In this document: one piece after another, positions 1 through 11,110 of the stretch | Layout of the letters: each line of letters starts with the position of its first letter | Numbering within the stretch: position 1 is the stretch's first letter | Assembly: GCA_000934665.2 (NCBI GenBank) | Contig: JYFJ02004235.1 | Span: 1-33,924 of the forward strand | Direction: 5' to 3' | DNA from: Catajapyx aquilonaris | Taxonomy: Eukaryota | Length of the DNA: 33,924 nucleotides | Translations under genes and position numbers: made by a program | Notes under the pieces: model-generated | What the model was told of the DNA's origin: nothing | Database searches by the model: none | The model's input: only the letters and a program-made list of their open reading frames with translations

Positions 1-173
1 CCTTCCGAAAAGGACGTTTTTTTCGGTGGGCCTATCTCCGGGGAGGGGGGGTAAATCTCAAAACCGCGCAAATGGTATATTTGAAAGACGTAATTAAAGC
101 GATGCGCCGATTTTCGTCAAAATCTGACAACCCAAGGGTCAGGGGGCTCGGTGAATTGACATGGAATGACCCC
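1..173. mobile_element. Probable terminus of a non-autonomous DNA transposon (superfamily uncertain)
   Basis: Ends GGTGAATTGACATGGAATGACCCC, which resembles invertebrate DNA-transposon TIRs as I recall them. The partner end is not in the window. Confidence 0.35.
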
Positions 174-835
174 TTTGAGTAAACAACAACAACAATGGTT
201 ATGATAGAAAATGAGGAAATATTAGACATTAGCGTACTCGTATTACAAATAGCTAGAACCATACTGAAGGGACCATATAGTCACAATAATGCTGCAACGG
301 CAGTAGTTTTAATCTGCATAATAGCTGGGGCACCTGGAGTATACCATCACACTTTATAATGTCATAACGCATCCAAAAAGTGAAAAACATCTCTGGTGAA
401 ACCATGTCAGGTGTATACTAACGTTTTAATACTCATCGGGTGCTCTTGCTACAGTCGCATTTGTATACTAACTGGATGGAAGTCACTCTAAGCATCCCCT
501 GCTTGATCCCGATGCTTCATTTCGGCTTTTGATGTTGGACCAGCACATTACGGGAAAAATAGTGAATTATTTTCTACCATCGATCGAAACAACCTTCTAT
601 AACTTCATGACCTTTTCTGTTGAATTCCACGAGAACAGTTGCAACGGCAAAAAATTTAATCCCTGAGTTCTAAGTACCTGCACCGCACCATCACTCATTA
701 GCCCGATCATCACAATGGGAAAAATACGTCGCCTTAATTAACGCTACTACCTTAACAAAAATTATTATTTCAGGCAGTGTTTCGTTAAACTTTGGCTTTC
801 TCTGGTTACCAAATAAAATTGTTTGTTCCGGAATT

Positions 836-965
836 GTTTCCTCTAAAATGTAACCAGAAAAACGTGTATGGCATTCCATTGGTCACATGTTCAAGAATTT
901 GGGTCCTTGAAAATTGATGGTATATCTGCAAAGCATATCTATTATTTTCTCGCGAGCCATGCATG
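836..965 (+). repeat. Dispersed repeat fragment with an inverted copy at ~4083-4230
   Basis: TTCCTCTAAAATGTAACCAGAAAAA...GTCACATG..CAAGAATTT matches the reverse complement of 4150-4230. Confidence 0.7.
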
Positions 966-987
966 ACCCAGGATTGAAACTCAACAT

Positions 988-1870
988 ATTTTAGGGGCGG
1001 TAGCCCCTAAGTAAGACCGTAGCATAGCATTTCAACAATGAATTTTTCAACATCATCTTACTGTTACGTTTTTTTTATTCGCCCTAACTCAAGTTCTGCT
1101 GTAGGTAGAGCTTCCAAATTTTGAACACAGATCCCCCCCGTTCCGTCGTGAAGTGCATTCCTACCATTTACAGCTAAACTCAATAAATATTCCTCTTCAA
1201 AACGCCGCAAAAATTAAAAACCACTAAAAAATACGTTTCCTTTTTTTTTGCTCAATAGCGATTCGGAATTTGGTTTCTTCATCAAAGGTCCGAATGCCCA
1301 GTAGGATCGTGTGGATCTATGTTCGAAACGTCACAGTTCCACCTGCTGCGGGGGCGGTGTAGATGGCCGAGATGGTAACGTCTCGGCTTGCTGAGTGAAA
1401 GGTCCCAGGTTCGATCCCCGCCTGGGAGTTCCCTTTCACCTGCGTCGGGAGGGTCTCTGACCTGCACCTTGGAGGTGTCTGGCAACCTAACCTCCTGGGG
1501 ACTGCACATGGCCCAAAGGCTAGGACATTGCACCTGCACAAGTGTCCCCTCTCCAACAATCCCTATCCCTACCCTACATGCCTAATTATTCCTTGCACGG
1601 TGATTGAAGAAAAAGAGAGAAAAACAGGATTCTATAATTATGGCTCCACTCCCCTATCGGGTTGTCACGGGGTAATAGAAATTTTATAAAATAAAAAAAA
1701 GTTCCACCTGCTGCAGGATTTAAGTTATGATTTTCTTTCACCAATTTTTTTCCGTCAAAGACTTCATTTGTTCACGATTCCATCACCTAGCAATGTCAAT
1801 TCTTATTTACCACCTCGCCATATTGTTAGCGAAATGTTACCCCGCTGCCCTGGGGTGAACGGATTGTAGT
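988..1870 (+). mobile_element. Possible Helitron/Helentron-derived non-autonomous relic, interrupted by SINE A
   Basis: T-run followed by hairpin TTAGGGGC-GGTA-GCCCCTAA (991-1010). A 3' CCCC...GGGG hairpin lies shortly before TAGT. Confidence 0.3.
1350..1699 (+). mobile_element. tRNA-derived SINE, family A, full length
   Basis: Pol III A box TGGCCGAGATGG and B box GGTTCGATCCC. Body nearly identical to 11957-12302 and 19751-20097. Ends GGGGTA plus A-rich tail. 15-bp TSD AGTTCCACCTGCTGC at 1335-1349 and 1700-1714. Confidence 0.95.
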
Positions 1871-1880
1871 CTACTTATTA

Positions 1881-2347
1881 CAGTTTAATCCGGATATAAC
1901 AGCCTCGGCTATAACAGACTTTTGGTAATAAAGGCCGGTCCCGGCATGCTTCCATCGGGCCCTGTGTATTTTACTCCTGATATAACAGACTCATTTTCAC
2001 CTCACCTCGGGTATAACTCACCATGTCTTGGCCCTCGGTGGGACAATATTGTTTTCCAGGTATAAAATTGGCACAAAGGAGACGGCAGAAGAAAATAATT
2101 ATTTCGGATATTTTGGTCCTGCATAATTTTCGGGTGAGCTAATATTGTATTTTTGACAGATTTCATTAATCGGTATGTAGAGTACAAGGGTATGTAGTCT
2201 AGTAGTGCCTATTGCAGCCATCTGCAGCCATATATTAAAATCAGAAATCTATGTTTTCATTGCGTGACGATTTGGCTATAACATACCTCGGTTATAACAT
2301 ACTTTTTCCGATGTCTCTTGAAGTTTGTTTTATCTGGATTCAACTTG
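1881..2347. mobile_element. pogo/Tigger-like non-autonomous element
   Basis: TA-CAGTTTAATCCGGATATAAC pairs with degenerate GTTTTATCTGGATTCAACTTG. Internal GGNTATAAC motifs are repeated near both ends. Confidence 0.7.
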
Positions 2348-2457
2348 ACTACTAACCCCTTCGCTACCTGATATATTGCCATCGCCATCGCCAGGTATTA
2401 CCGGCCTACTCTTAAGCTTATTTAATTTGAAATTATGCAACAGTACATGCGGAATAC

Positions 2458-2619
2458 TTGAGAAACGTGCCAGACGAATTTGCTGAAATCGTCGCATTTC
2501 GCGAAAATTAAATAAGTTTGGGAGTTTTCAGATGTGACGGAGGCAATCCGCAGATAAGTATTGATTTAATTCTTGCAAAGTACCACGATTTCAGCAAATT
2601 CGTCTGGTACGGTTCTCAA
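2458..2619. repeat. Inverted repeat, probable MITE relic
   Basis: TTGAGAAACGTGCCAGACGAATTTGCTGAAATCGT (2458-2492) pairs with ACGATTTCAGCAAATTCGTCTGGTACGGTTCTCAA (2585-2619). Weaker pairing extends inward and outward. Confidence 0.8.
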
Positions 2620-3453
2620 TGTAGATATTCCGTATCCTTTAACGTATAGGCTATTTCATAATTAACTTAGACTAACCGTTGGCTGGTAGCACTCGAATCG
2701 TTTCGTTTTTTACGACTATCTCTGAAAATCATTTTAGGAACTTCTAAGCGACGAAAATCGTCTCCAATACATTCATAGTGCAGACTGTAGTGTAGAGCAT
2801 AAACTTGTCAGTATGATAATTATGTACAGTACAGTACAGTACATCACTATAGCTGTTATTATTAATTTTGTAAAATATCTTCACCTTGTCTTCACAGTAT
2901 GTGTAAGCGACAACCTAGGCGATGGCGGTATATCTGGTATTCCGAAGGGGTTTTAAAAAAGAACTGAAATAAGTGCAAATACATTCCCTTAAGTGAAAAA
3001 AGGCTAGTAAGACCTCCGTGACGGAATGAAAGTACTGAAACTAGGCAGGCGCACGTAAGACCTTCACCAATTGATTTAAGCTGTACCATAGGTCATACTC
3101 AAGCAATATTCTCAACTACTGTATGGAACGGCTCGTAAAAATTACTGCTGCAAACTACTCAGAGCAGCAGGTAGGGTTTTATTTTGAAAATGAAAAAAAT
3201 TAAAAAAAGTAAACCCACCCTCACAGACTTGGAAATTTGCTCTCCTGAAAATGCAGAATCCAATAGAAAAAGACCCTCTAAAATTCACCAATTTACGTTT
3301 ACATGTGAAAAATGAAACATTATACTGTATAGTTAAAATCAGCATCTAAAAGAGGTGACGCTTCTACATAAATGTTTCATGGCAATTATTCTCACCAATG
3401 ATATAGAAATTCAATGTGCTTAATATGGAGTGGCTCATGGAAAATATTAATGG

Positions 3454-3572
3454 GTGGAATTTTCGTCGTACTACTAGTAACTATAGTTACTGCTAACTTA
3501 GCAGTCCCATTGCACTACACTGGTACTGTACTGCCAAGTTTGAAGTAACTAGTAGTATAACGAAAATTCCAC
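3454..3572. repeat. Small inverted repeat inside the 2967-4076 element
   Basis: GTGGAATTTTCGTCGTACTACTAGT pairs with ACTAGTAGTATAACGAAAATTCCAC. Confidence 0.75.
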
Positions 3573-3659
3573 ACATTGTTTTCAGAAAGGAGACTAAATT
3601 CATGAGCAGTAAATTGGAAATTGCGTGAGTAAGACCTATGGTGCAGCTTAAATCAATAG

Positions 3660-3966
3660 AGTGGTTTCCAACCGGGGGGTCTTAGATAAAAGAATTGCAG
3701 GTGTAATTAGCCAAAGAGGCCTTACCACCTGTGGGCAACAAACCAACCGGGGGGTCGCGGGCAGAGTCGCGGGTGGTCGCGAGCCTTGGTTCGACTTTTT
3801 TTTGTGCAATTTCTGTGTCAATTGAACCATTTTTGCGTGGCCGTACAGTGTATGTTTTCTGGAAAGGAGGCAGTTGTAGAAGGGGCCGGGGGAGGGGAGG
3901 AAGTGGTGGGGNATTTATGGAAACATGTTTAGGTGGTCGCAGTTGGTAAAAGGTTGGAAACCACTA
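3660..3966. mobile_element. hAT (Charlie-like) MITE
   Basis: TIRs AGTGGTTTCCAACC / GGTTGGAAACCACT. Degenerate 8-bp TSD ATCAATAG / TACAATAG. Internal GGGGGTCGCG motif. Confidence 0.85.
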
Positions 3967-4949
3967 TACAATAGGTGAAGGTCTTACGTGCGCCTGTCTA
4001 GTTTCAGTACTTTCATTCCTCCACGGAGGTCTTACTGCCATTTTTTTCACCGAAGGGAATGTTTTTGCTCTTATATTAAACCTTGCATGGCGAGAACTCC
4101 CGTCACCAAATATGGCTGCTCTCTCGCAAATACATCACTAATCATTGTTGGGGTCAAAATTCTTGGTCATGTGACTAAGCAAGTGACCGATGGACACTCA
4201 TATTTTTCTGGTTACATTTTAGAGGAACACTAATACCATAGGCGCAAACTCCTCGTCGTTTACTTTATGTTGATATATATTTTTATTGGGTTTTGACCAC
4301 TTACACTAACCGGGAAAATGTATCCAAAAAAGACTCATTTTCAGCTCTTTCCAAAATTTCGCGAATTCTCCCCTTCCCACGGTATTGCGCAATGTCTGAA
4401 ACTTGATGCAGTATTATGGCCCAAGTGTGTACAGCTGTGATTTTGTCACAGAAATCCGAGATGGTTTAGCAACATTTCCGTAACCTTGATTCAGAATATT
4501 TCGATGATTATTGTATTTTGACCTCCCCAAGGTCAAAAACAAATTTCAGACAAAATGAATGCTCATTATGAATTGCGAGTGACCTAAGTAACATGGACAT
4601 AGCGATGAATTTCCGTGGACAAAAATGTTGATTTTTGTTGCCCAGTGTAATCACAGGAGCAGTTATTTTGAAGATCAATAACATACTGGTGGTTTGATTA
4701 TGATTCCTATGCACCATTCTAGATTAAGATCTAGACATCAATATATCAATTTATGTAGCGGTAGGTCATTTGGTCCCTGCCGCCTCATTATTGGTACAAT
4801 TTAGCTAATTACCTTGCAGTACAACTGGGTGCATGTTAGTTGCGAATTTCACTGCGACTAATTCGGACTGTTGGGCAATAATCGCCGAGGAAGTGGCGTT
4901 TGAAACACGACATTGTTCGTAGTGTGCCCTACTATTATAGAGAGTCAAT

Positions 4950-5862
4950 TAAATCTGGCAACCCTGCGAGTGACCCCCAGCGGGGTCATCCATAGTCACT
5001 TCCAGACATGTTCAGTAGTGTCCAAAGACCAATTGGGGCGAGTTTCATGTATTATCACCGAATGCAAGGCCCTTATTCATGTAAAGGTATTCAGCACATG
5101 TTCGATTTGGCAACTCCGCGATAGTGACCCCTGGCGGGGCCACCAGGGGTCACCCACCGTGGCCCCATGTCCAGATATAAATAATAATAATAGATACCCC
5201 GCGGTGATAGGCCTCCTTGGCCCTCTTAGGGGGATCATCTTTTAAATAACCGTCTTTACTGTGATGGATTTTGATTGCGGAGGAAACGGGAGAACCCCGA
5301 GAAAACCCACGCGAAGACGGAGAGAACCCATCGCAACTCTATCCACATAAGTATCCTGCGTCCTACCCGGCCGGGGATCGAACTCGGGAACTTAGAGGTG
5401 GAAGGCTGCGGCGCTAACCACTCCGCCACCATGTCGCCCCCAATGTCCAGATATGTTGAGATGTGTTCAAAGAAATACCTACCGTACCGAGTTTTACGTT
5501 TTTATCACCGAATGCAAGCTCTCAATTCACATGATCTTCGCAGAGAGTTATGTTGGGTCCGTTAGATCTCGCAACCCTGCGAGTGACCTCCAGCGGGGTC
5601 AGTCATCATGACCCCACATCCAGACAGGTTTAGAAGTGTCCAAAGATCTATTGTGGCGAGTTTCATGTATTATCACCGAATACAAGGTCCTAAAAGGATG
5701 CTGCATCTGATGGTTATGGCAACCCTGCGAAAATGACCTCCACAGGGGTGGGTCATCGTGGCTCCACGTCCAGATATGATCAGAAGTGTCCAAAGAGCAA
5801 GTGTACCGAGTTTGATACTTTTGTCACGAAATGCAAAGTTCAACCCCTTAGCACCCGGAGTA
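4950..5862 (+). repeat. Array of four ~150-185 bp units; probable right arm of a second Academ-like element, interrupted by the family C SINE
   Basis: Units begin GCAACCCTGCGA-like at ~4958, 5110, 5571 and 5719 and share GTGTCCAAAGA and TTATCACCGAATGCAAG. The end TCACGAAATGCAAAGTTCAACCCCTTAGCACCCGGAGTA resembles the 9920 terminus. Confidence 0.8.
5179..5442 (-). mobile_element. tRNA-derived SINE, family C (V-domain-like core), full length
   Basis: Minus strand A box TGGCGGAGTGG, B box AGTTCGATCCC, core GGTTCTCTCCGTCTTCGCGTGGGTTTTCTCGGGGTTCTCCCGTTTCCTCC, tail GGGGTA plus (TAT)n. 12-bp TSD ATGTCCAGATAT at 5167-5178 and 5443-5454. Confidence 0.93.
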
Positions 5863-7419
5863 TAATAACTGAATGACAGCACGGTATTCTCAAAATGACA
5901 GGACTCGAAATGGTCACCATTTTCTCATACCGTACTTCCTCAAAATGTGCTATATGTCAAACGTACACTCGTCCAAGTAAATATCCAAGGGGAAAAACAT
6001 TCCATCGCGCTGAATACGTGCGGCTAATGACTTACAAACTGAAAGAATGGGGGAGTTAACATGGATTGGGTACATGGATATTTATGTCGTATAAATGCAT
6101 TTTTGGTTGTAGCATAAAGAAAATTTTTGTACACATTTGGAACCAACCTATAGTAGCTATTTGTTGTTATTAACTTTCCGGGGCTGTGCTTCACTAATTA
6201 ATGAGTATTTGGTAACATTTTCGATTGCCAGGTCTTACCTTACACTATTTTATTAAAACAATAATACACATTGATGGGGAAGGTGACGCAGGAAGCGTTG
6301 CGCAAACCATTCCACTTATCTCGTGATGGTATAAGAGAAAAGAAAATATACTCTATTTCCTTAGCTGTCTCCATGCCTTGAAGGTAACTTTCCGCTGCCG
6401 GAATTAATAATTACTTAACGAACATCTCTCCCGAGTCCACTCCATTCATTAGACTCCAGTCGAAAATGTAGACACATAGTCTCGTAGTCTCATGTTAGGC
6501 AGAAAATAAAATGCCGGGTCTAGGCTATTTATTGACTTACAGGCTGCCAGGGCGATACAGGGTCTGGGTTCCTTCCCATGGAAAAATGTTAAAATACTGA
6601 TGAGTTCAATAGATAAACCGATTCAAAATGTATCTTAGAAACCATTTTAGGTGGTGCCTTTTTTGTTGCCTAACACATTATATGGTACTGCACACAAACT
6701 GAACGTAAATTTTTCACATAAGCACATAGTGTGCATTGCTGTACAGATACAGTATAATTATGCTTCATTATGCAAAGGCCATACTCATAATCAGATCTGT
6801 TTCAGCCTCCACGTACATAGTTATGTCATTAAGCGCCTCATCCACAAAAACCCACGCACACACGCACTGTAAACCTCTCTGCTACATAAATATACGGTGT
6901 GATATACTGCCAATGGTTACAGCGTCAATAATGGGACGAGAAGAATCGTGATAGATTACTGGCTACAGTGGCGCATTCCCAACTCGGAAGTGATGTGCTG
7001 TATACGAGACCGAACTACCCCATATTCCTTATCACTGTGCCTCCCCGTAGGGTTACGATTGAGGTAAAAGGCCATAAGGCCTTAAGGGATCCACAATTGC
7101 ACATAAAACTTTTGGTGACACAGTATGCACTAATTTACGTGTAGAGGAGCTATAGGGACGACTACTCCAGCTCATGTCCCATGACCTGATCAGATAATGT
7201 CTCATTAGTGTTATAAGCACTTTTTGTTATAAAATTACCATCTTCATAATCTTACACACTTGCAAGTGTTAAGTAAGTTTATCATAAATTTAGAGTCACG
7301 TTATCTGGGCTTCTGGGGGGCAGGCTTTGGAAAACTTCTCATCCAAGACTTTGCACACTGATGGGAGGCTGAACAAAATTGATGACAATGAAACTTTCTT
7401 ACGCCGGGTTTGTTTCACG

Positions 7420-7711
7420 GACTTTTTATGTGAATCATCAAGAACATTGTGTATGGTGAAAAGATCCGTCATCTCCAGCACCTACGGGATAGGATCGCAA
7501 TGGTAACGCCAGATATGATCGAATGGGTTTGGCACGAGACCGATTACAGTCTTGACATTATTTTTGCCTGGCGACAAATGGAGCTCATATCGAAACAAAC
7601 TAAACTTCCGACATTTCTTAGCATTTCAAAACTTAAATCGTTTAGATAATTATGTTTAGAAGTTTTCGAGTTAGAGTGTTTCAAAATCAGGACATTTTTT
7701 CGATGACCCTG
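7420..7711 (+). pseudogene. C-terminal relic of a Tc1/mariner-superfamily transposase plus right terminus
   Basis: Translates KNIVYGEKIRHLQHLRDRI..VTPDMIEWVWHETDYSLDI, then after a frameshift ATNGAHIE. This is typical of the region after the SPDL..DFFLWG motif. Ends GACCCTG-TA. Confidence 0.85.
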
Positions 7712-8255
7712 TATAGTGCGCGATTGCAGAAAATAAATTATGGTTGTATATAATAACAAATTTCGTTACCATACTCAATTATTTTGATCCCTAAGGAAAT
7801 ATTGACCTAAAATTTTATTTTATCTTTATAATGCTCAGATTTAACTGACTTGTCTCATGTTCATAAGTATAATACCATTTACCTAAAACATAATATCAGT
7901 GCCAGTATTTTGCCATTTACTGCACTTGGACAGCATATTGTATACCTTTACCGAATATTGACCTCAATATTCATGTGAGCCTATACCAATACGTTTCTTG
8001 AAGATATTGTGCAGTTTCCCCAAGTAGAAAAGAATCATTTCGACATCCTGACTTTGTCCAATTTGGACTTTGCCAATCCTGAAAACCAATAATGTTACTA
8101 CAGAGGCTTCAGGGCTGTTCGTCAAATTCCGTCTGAGACCTCTTGTTCAGTTGGAGGCGTTCATTTTCCAGTGCTCAGAACATTACAGTAAACCAGTTAT
8201 AAAATAATGCAATATTGCTATACCCACCATAATTATTGTACATAAAGAATTACAT

Positions 8256-9920
8256 TAGTCCGGGCCCTAAGCGCAAAAATCAGGCCTAACCTTGAACTTT
8301 GTGATAAGAAGGTGCCACTTGGTGCATATGTTCTTTAGGCCTATAGGAGCAATTCCAGAGTTGCAGGCAACTGATCGGCCCCTGAGGTCACGAGTTATGC
8401 GGTGTTGCCAACATGGCCGGGGATGACCTGAGCGATTTTAACGTTGCATTTTGTGATAAGAAGGTACCGCTTGGGCACATATGTTCCCTAGGTCTGTAGG
8501 AGTCGTTTGAGAGATATCGGCACTTGATCGGCTCCTTAGGTCAAGAGTTATGCGGTGTTGCCAACCTAGTCCTGGACCTAAGCGTTTTGAACCATTTTTA
8601 ACTTTGCATTTTGGGATAAGAAGGTGCCACTTGGTATACAGGGTGGTCGGTAAATGGCGGACAAGCTTCAGGTAGCGAGATTCCTTGTGAAAAATCAGTA
8701 TATGGAAGTGAAGGTCATATTGCTCTACGAGGCCTGGTTAGGGCTCACGAGGCCGCCAAAGTTTGGGCCAAATCATGACGTCACATCCGCCCGCGAAATT
8801 CTAACACTACCGTATCGCTACCGTACCCGGCGTGTTGCTAGGCGTTGCCATGTTGACATCTACCACAGTCATGTTCACCAAACAATGGAACCGTATAAAC
8901 TGGCTAGGACGTTGCCAGGCATTGCCATGCTGTCGTCGCCGAGTTCCTGGCAACGTCCCGACGAGTTTATACGGTTCCATTGTTTGGTGAACATGTGGGG
9001 GATGTCAACATGGCAACGCCTAGCAACACGCCGCGTACGGTAGCGATACGGTAGTGTTAGAATTTCGCGGGCGGATATGACGTCATGATTTGGCCCAAAC
9101 TTTGGGGACCTCGTGAGCCCTAACCAGGCCACGTAGAGCAATATGACCTTCACTTCCATATACTGATTTTTCACAAGGAATCTCGCTACCTGAAGCTTGT
9201 CCGCCATTTACCGACCACCCTGTATATGTTCCTTAGACCTATATGAGCAATTTCAGAGTTGCAGGCAACTGATCGACCCCTTAGGTCACGAGTTATGCGG
9301 TGTTGCCAACCTGATCAGTGAACTAAGCGTTTTAACTCGGTACTTTGTGATGAGAAGGTGCCACTTGGCAGACATGTTCCCTAGGTGTATATAGGATCCA
9401 TTTGAGAGATGGTGACATTTGATCCGCTCCTTAGGTCAGGAGTTATGCGGTGTTGCCAACCTGGTCTGGAACCTAAGCATAACCGCATAACTCGTGACCT
9501 AAGGGGCAGATCAGGTGCCGCCAACTCTCAAATGGAACCGCTATAGGCCTGGGGAACATGCTTGCCAAAATCCCAAAATGCGAATTTAAAAATGGTTCAA
9601 AACGCTTAGGTCCAGAACCAGGTTGGCAACACCGCATAACTCCTGACCTAAGGAGCCGATCAAGTGCCGCCATCTCTCAAACGACTCATACAGACCTAGG
9701 GAACATATGTACCAAGCGATACCTTCTTATCACAAAATGCAACGTTAAAAACGCTCAGGTCATCTCCGGCCATGTTGGCAACACCGCATAACTCGTGACC
9801 TAAGGGGCCGATCAGTTGCCTGCAACTCTGAAATTGCTCCTATAGGCCTAAAGAACATATGCACCATGTGGCACCTTCTTTTCACAAAGTGCAAGGTTAA
9901 GACACTTAGGGCCCGGACTA
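8256..9920. mobile_element. Non-autonomous fold-back DNA transposon with ~150-bp subterminal repeats (Academ-like)
   Basis: Perfect termini TAGTCCGGGCCCTAAG / CTTAGGGCCCGGACTA with CAT directly outside each end (3-bp TSD). Motif GAGTTATGCGGTGTTGCCAAC at 8392, 8545, 9290 and 9440, and inverted at ~9482 (partial), ~9622 and ~9774. TAG..CTA ends with a 3-bp TSD fit Academ. A TA-TSD reading is also possible. Confidence 0.85.
8639..9222. mobile_element. Tc1/mariner-type palindromic MITE nested in the fold-back element
   Basis: TA-CAGGGTGGTCGGTAAATGGCGGACAAGC...GCTTGTCCGCCATTTACCGACCACCCTG-TA. Arms ~8639-8919 and 8946-9222 with a 26-nt spacer. Removing it plus one TA restores the host repeat unit (TTGGTATATATGTTCC vs TTGGTGCATATGTTCT). 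Confidence 0.95.
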
Positions 9921-10055
9921 CATCGCCTCTCTAGTATTTTAAGGTTTCATCAACATATCATATCATTGCTTTGTTTGAGGTCTTATGTATATTGTCATGC
10001 TGGTCAGTTCGGAAGGGTGGTGGTAAACTGGACCCAGGCTATACCCAGTCTACTA

Positions 10056-10490
10056 AAGGGTGATTCTTTTAAAACCGAACCCTGAATTTCTGTTATATAT
10101 CGTAAACGTGTGGACGAAAATCGATGTCATGACACGTATCGCCAACGATGTGGAGCAGAATGATGACATCACAGGTTCTCGAAATCGCCGGCAGATGTCA
10201 GCAGCAGCACGACAGAACAAAAAAAAAACTTCCAAAAGCGTACTCAGTGGAAGAACTCGTGTTTATTTTCGGATTTTTTTTTTCGGAAACACAACGGCAG
10301 TTCAAGAGAACATCTGGTTTGCGAAATGTCCCGACGAAGTCAACAATTCACCAATTGGCGCGGAAACTGGAAACCATAGGATCCCTTCTCGATAAACGTC
10401 GTCGGCCGCCAATGCCAAAGTTTCTGATATACTGGAAAAGTCGCCTAATAAACCCTTACTAAAGGCTTGCACAGGAGACAGGATAGTTAC
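10056..10490 (+). pseudogene. 5' relic of a mariner-superfamily element (DUF4817-like HTH N-terminus)
   Basis: TA-AAGGGTGATTC TIR-like start. Translates AYSVEELVFI...ETQRQFKRTSGLRNVPTKSTIHQLARKLETIGSLLDK. The ATG is lost. Confidence 0.8.
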
Positions 10491-10589
10491 TCGTACTAGA
10501 CATGGCAGAGGGCAGCAAAAAAAGCAAAGCTGCGGCCATACAAAGTGACATCAGTGCAGCAGCAGCTGGAACCAGACAGGGAAAAAGAG

Positions 10590-11110
10590 TTCTCAAAACA
10601 AGGTGGCCGTTTCCATCGCTTGTTGTGATGTCATCTCACTTATGTTCTCTTGAACTGCCGTTGTGTTTCTGAAAATGAGCCGGTGACCCAATACGTTCGC
10701 ACAATAAACACGCGTTCTTCCATTGAGTACGCCATTTTGGACGCTTTTTTGTTCTGTCGTGCTGCTGCTGCCATCTGATGGAGAATTCCAGAACTTGTTG
10801 TGATGTCGTCTGCTCAACATCGTTGGAGGTACGTGTCATGAAAATTTCACTGATTTTCGTCCACACGTTTACGAGATACCTTCAAACGGGCGGAAATTGT
10901 GCCACTTTTGGAAGTTTTCCTTGCAAGCAAACCAGAGTAATTTATTTATATATATATATATATCGGAACGAATATTTATACAACATTGGCGCACATCTCA
11001 CCTTTCAGATCATACTTGAAAATAATTTTTATATGCTAAGGGAGAGGAGGTATCAATTCTTTTCCGTGCCACAATTTCACCCCGTCGAGAGGGTGGGATT
11101 GGGCCACCCT
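10590..11110 (-). pseudogene. Second, inverted 5' relic of a related mariner-superfamily element
   Basis: 10735-10640 on the minus strand encodes MAYSMEERVFIVRTYWVTGSFSETQRQFKRT*. 10640-10875 is a diverged reverse complement of ~10100-10310. Possible TIR CCACCCTAT near 11110, so the outer boundary is uncertain. Confidence 0.75.

Larger units (their letters stand above)
2967..4076. mobile_element. Old MITE with ~140-bp inverted arms; right arm split by a hAT insertion
   Basis: 2967-3068 is the reverse complement of 3974-4076, and 3070-3107 is the reverse complement of 3620-3657. Confidence 0.8.

Noticed and set aside
8654..9207. Twin ORFs starting MADKLQVARF on opposite strands
   Set aside because: They are an automatic result of the palindromic MITE, and there is no recognisable domain.
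4950..9920. Regularly spaced conserved motifs suggesting a CRISPR-like array
   Set aside because: The intervening sequences are homologous to each other, the period is ~150 bp, there are no cas genes and the context is eukaryotic. These are transposon subterminal repeats.
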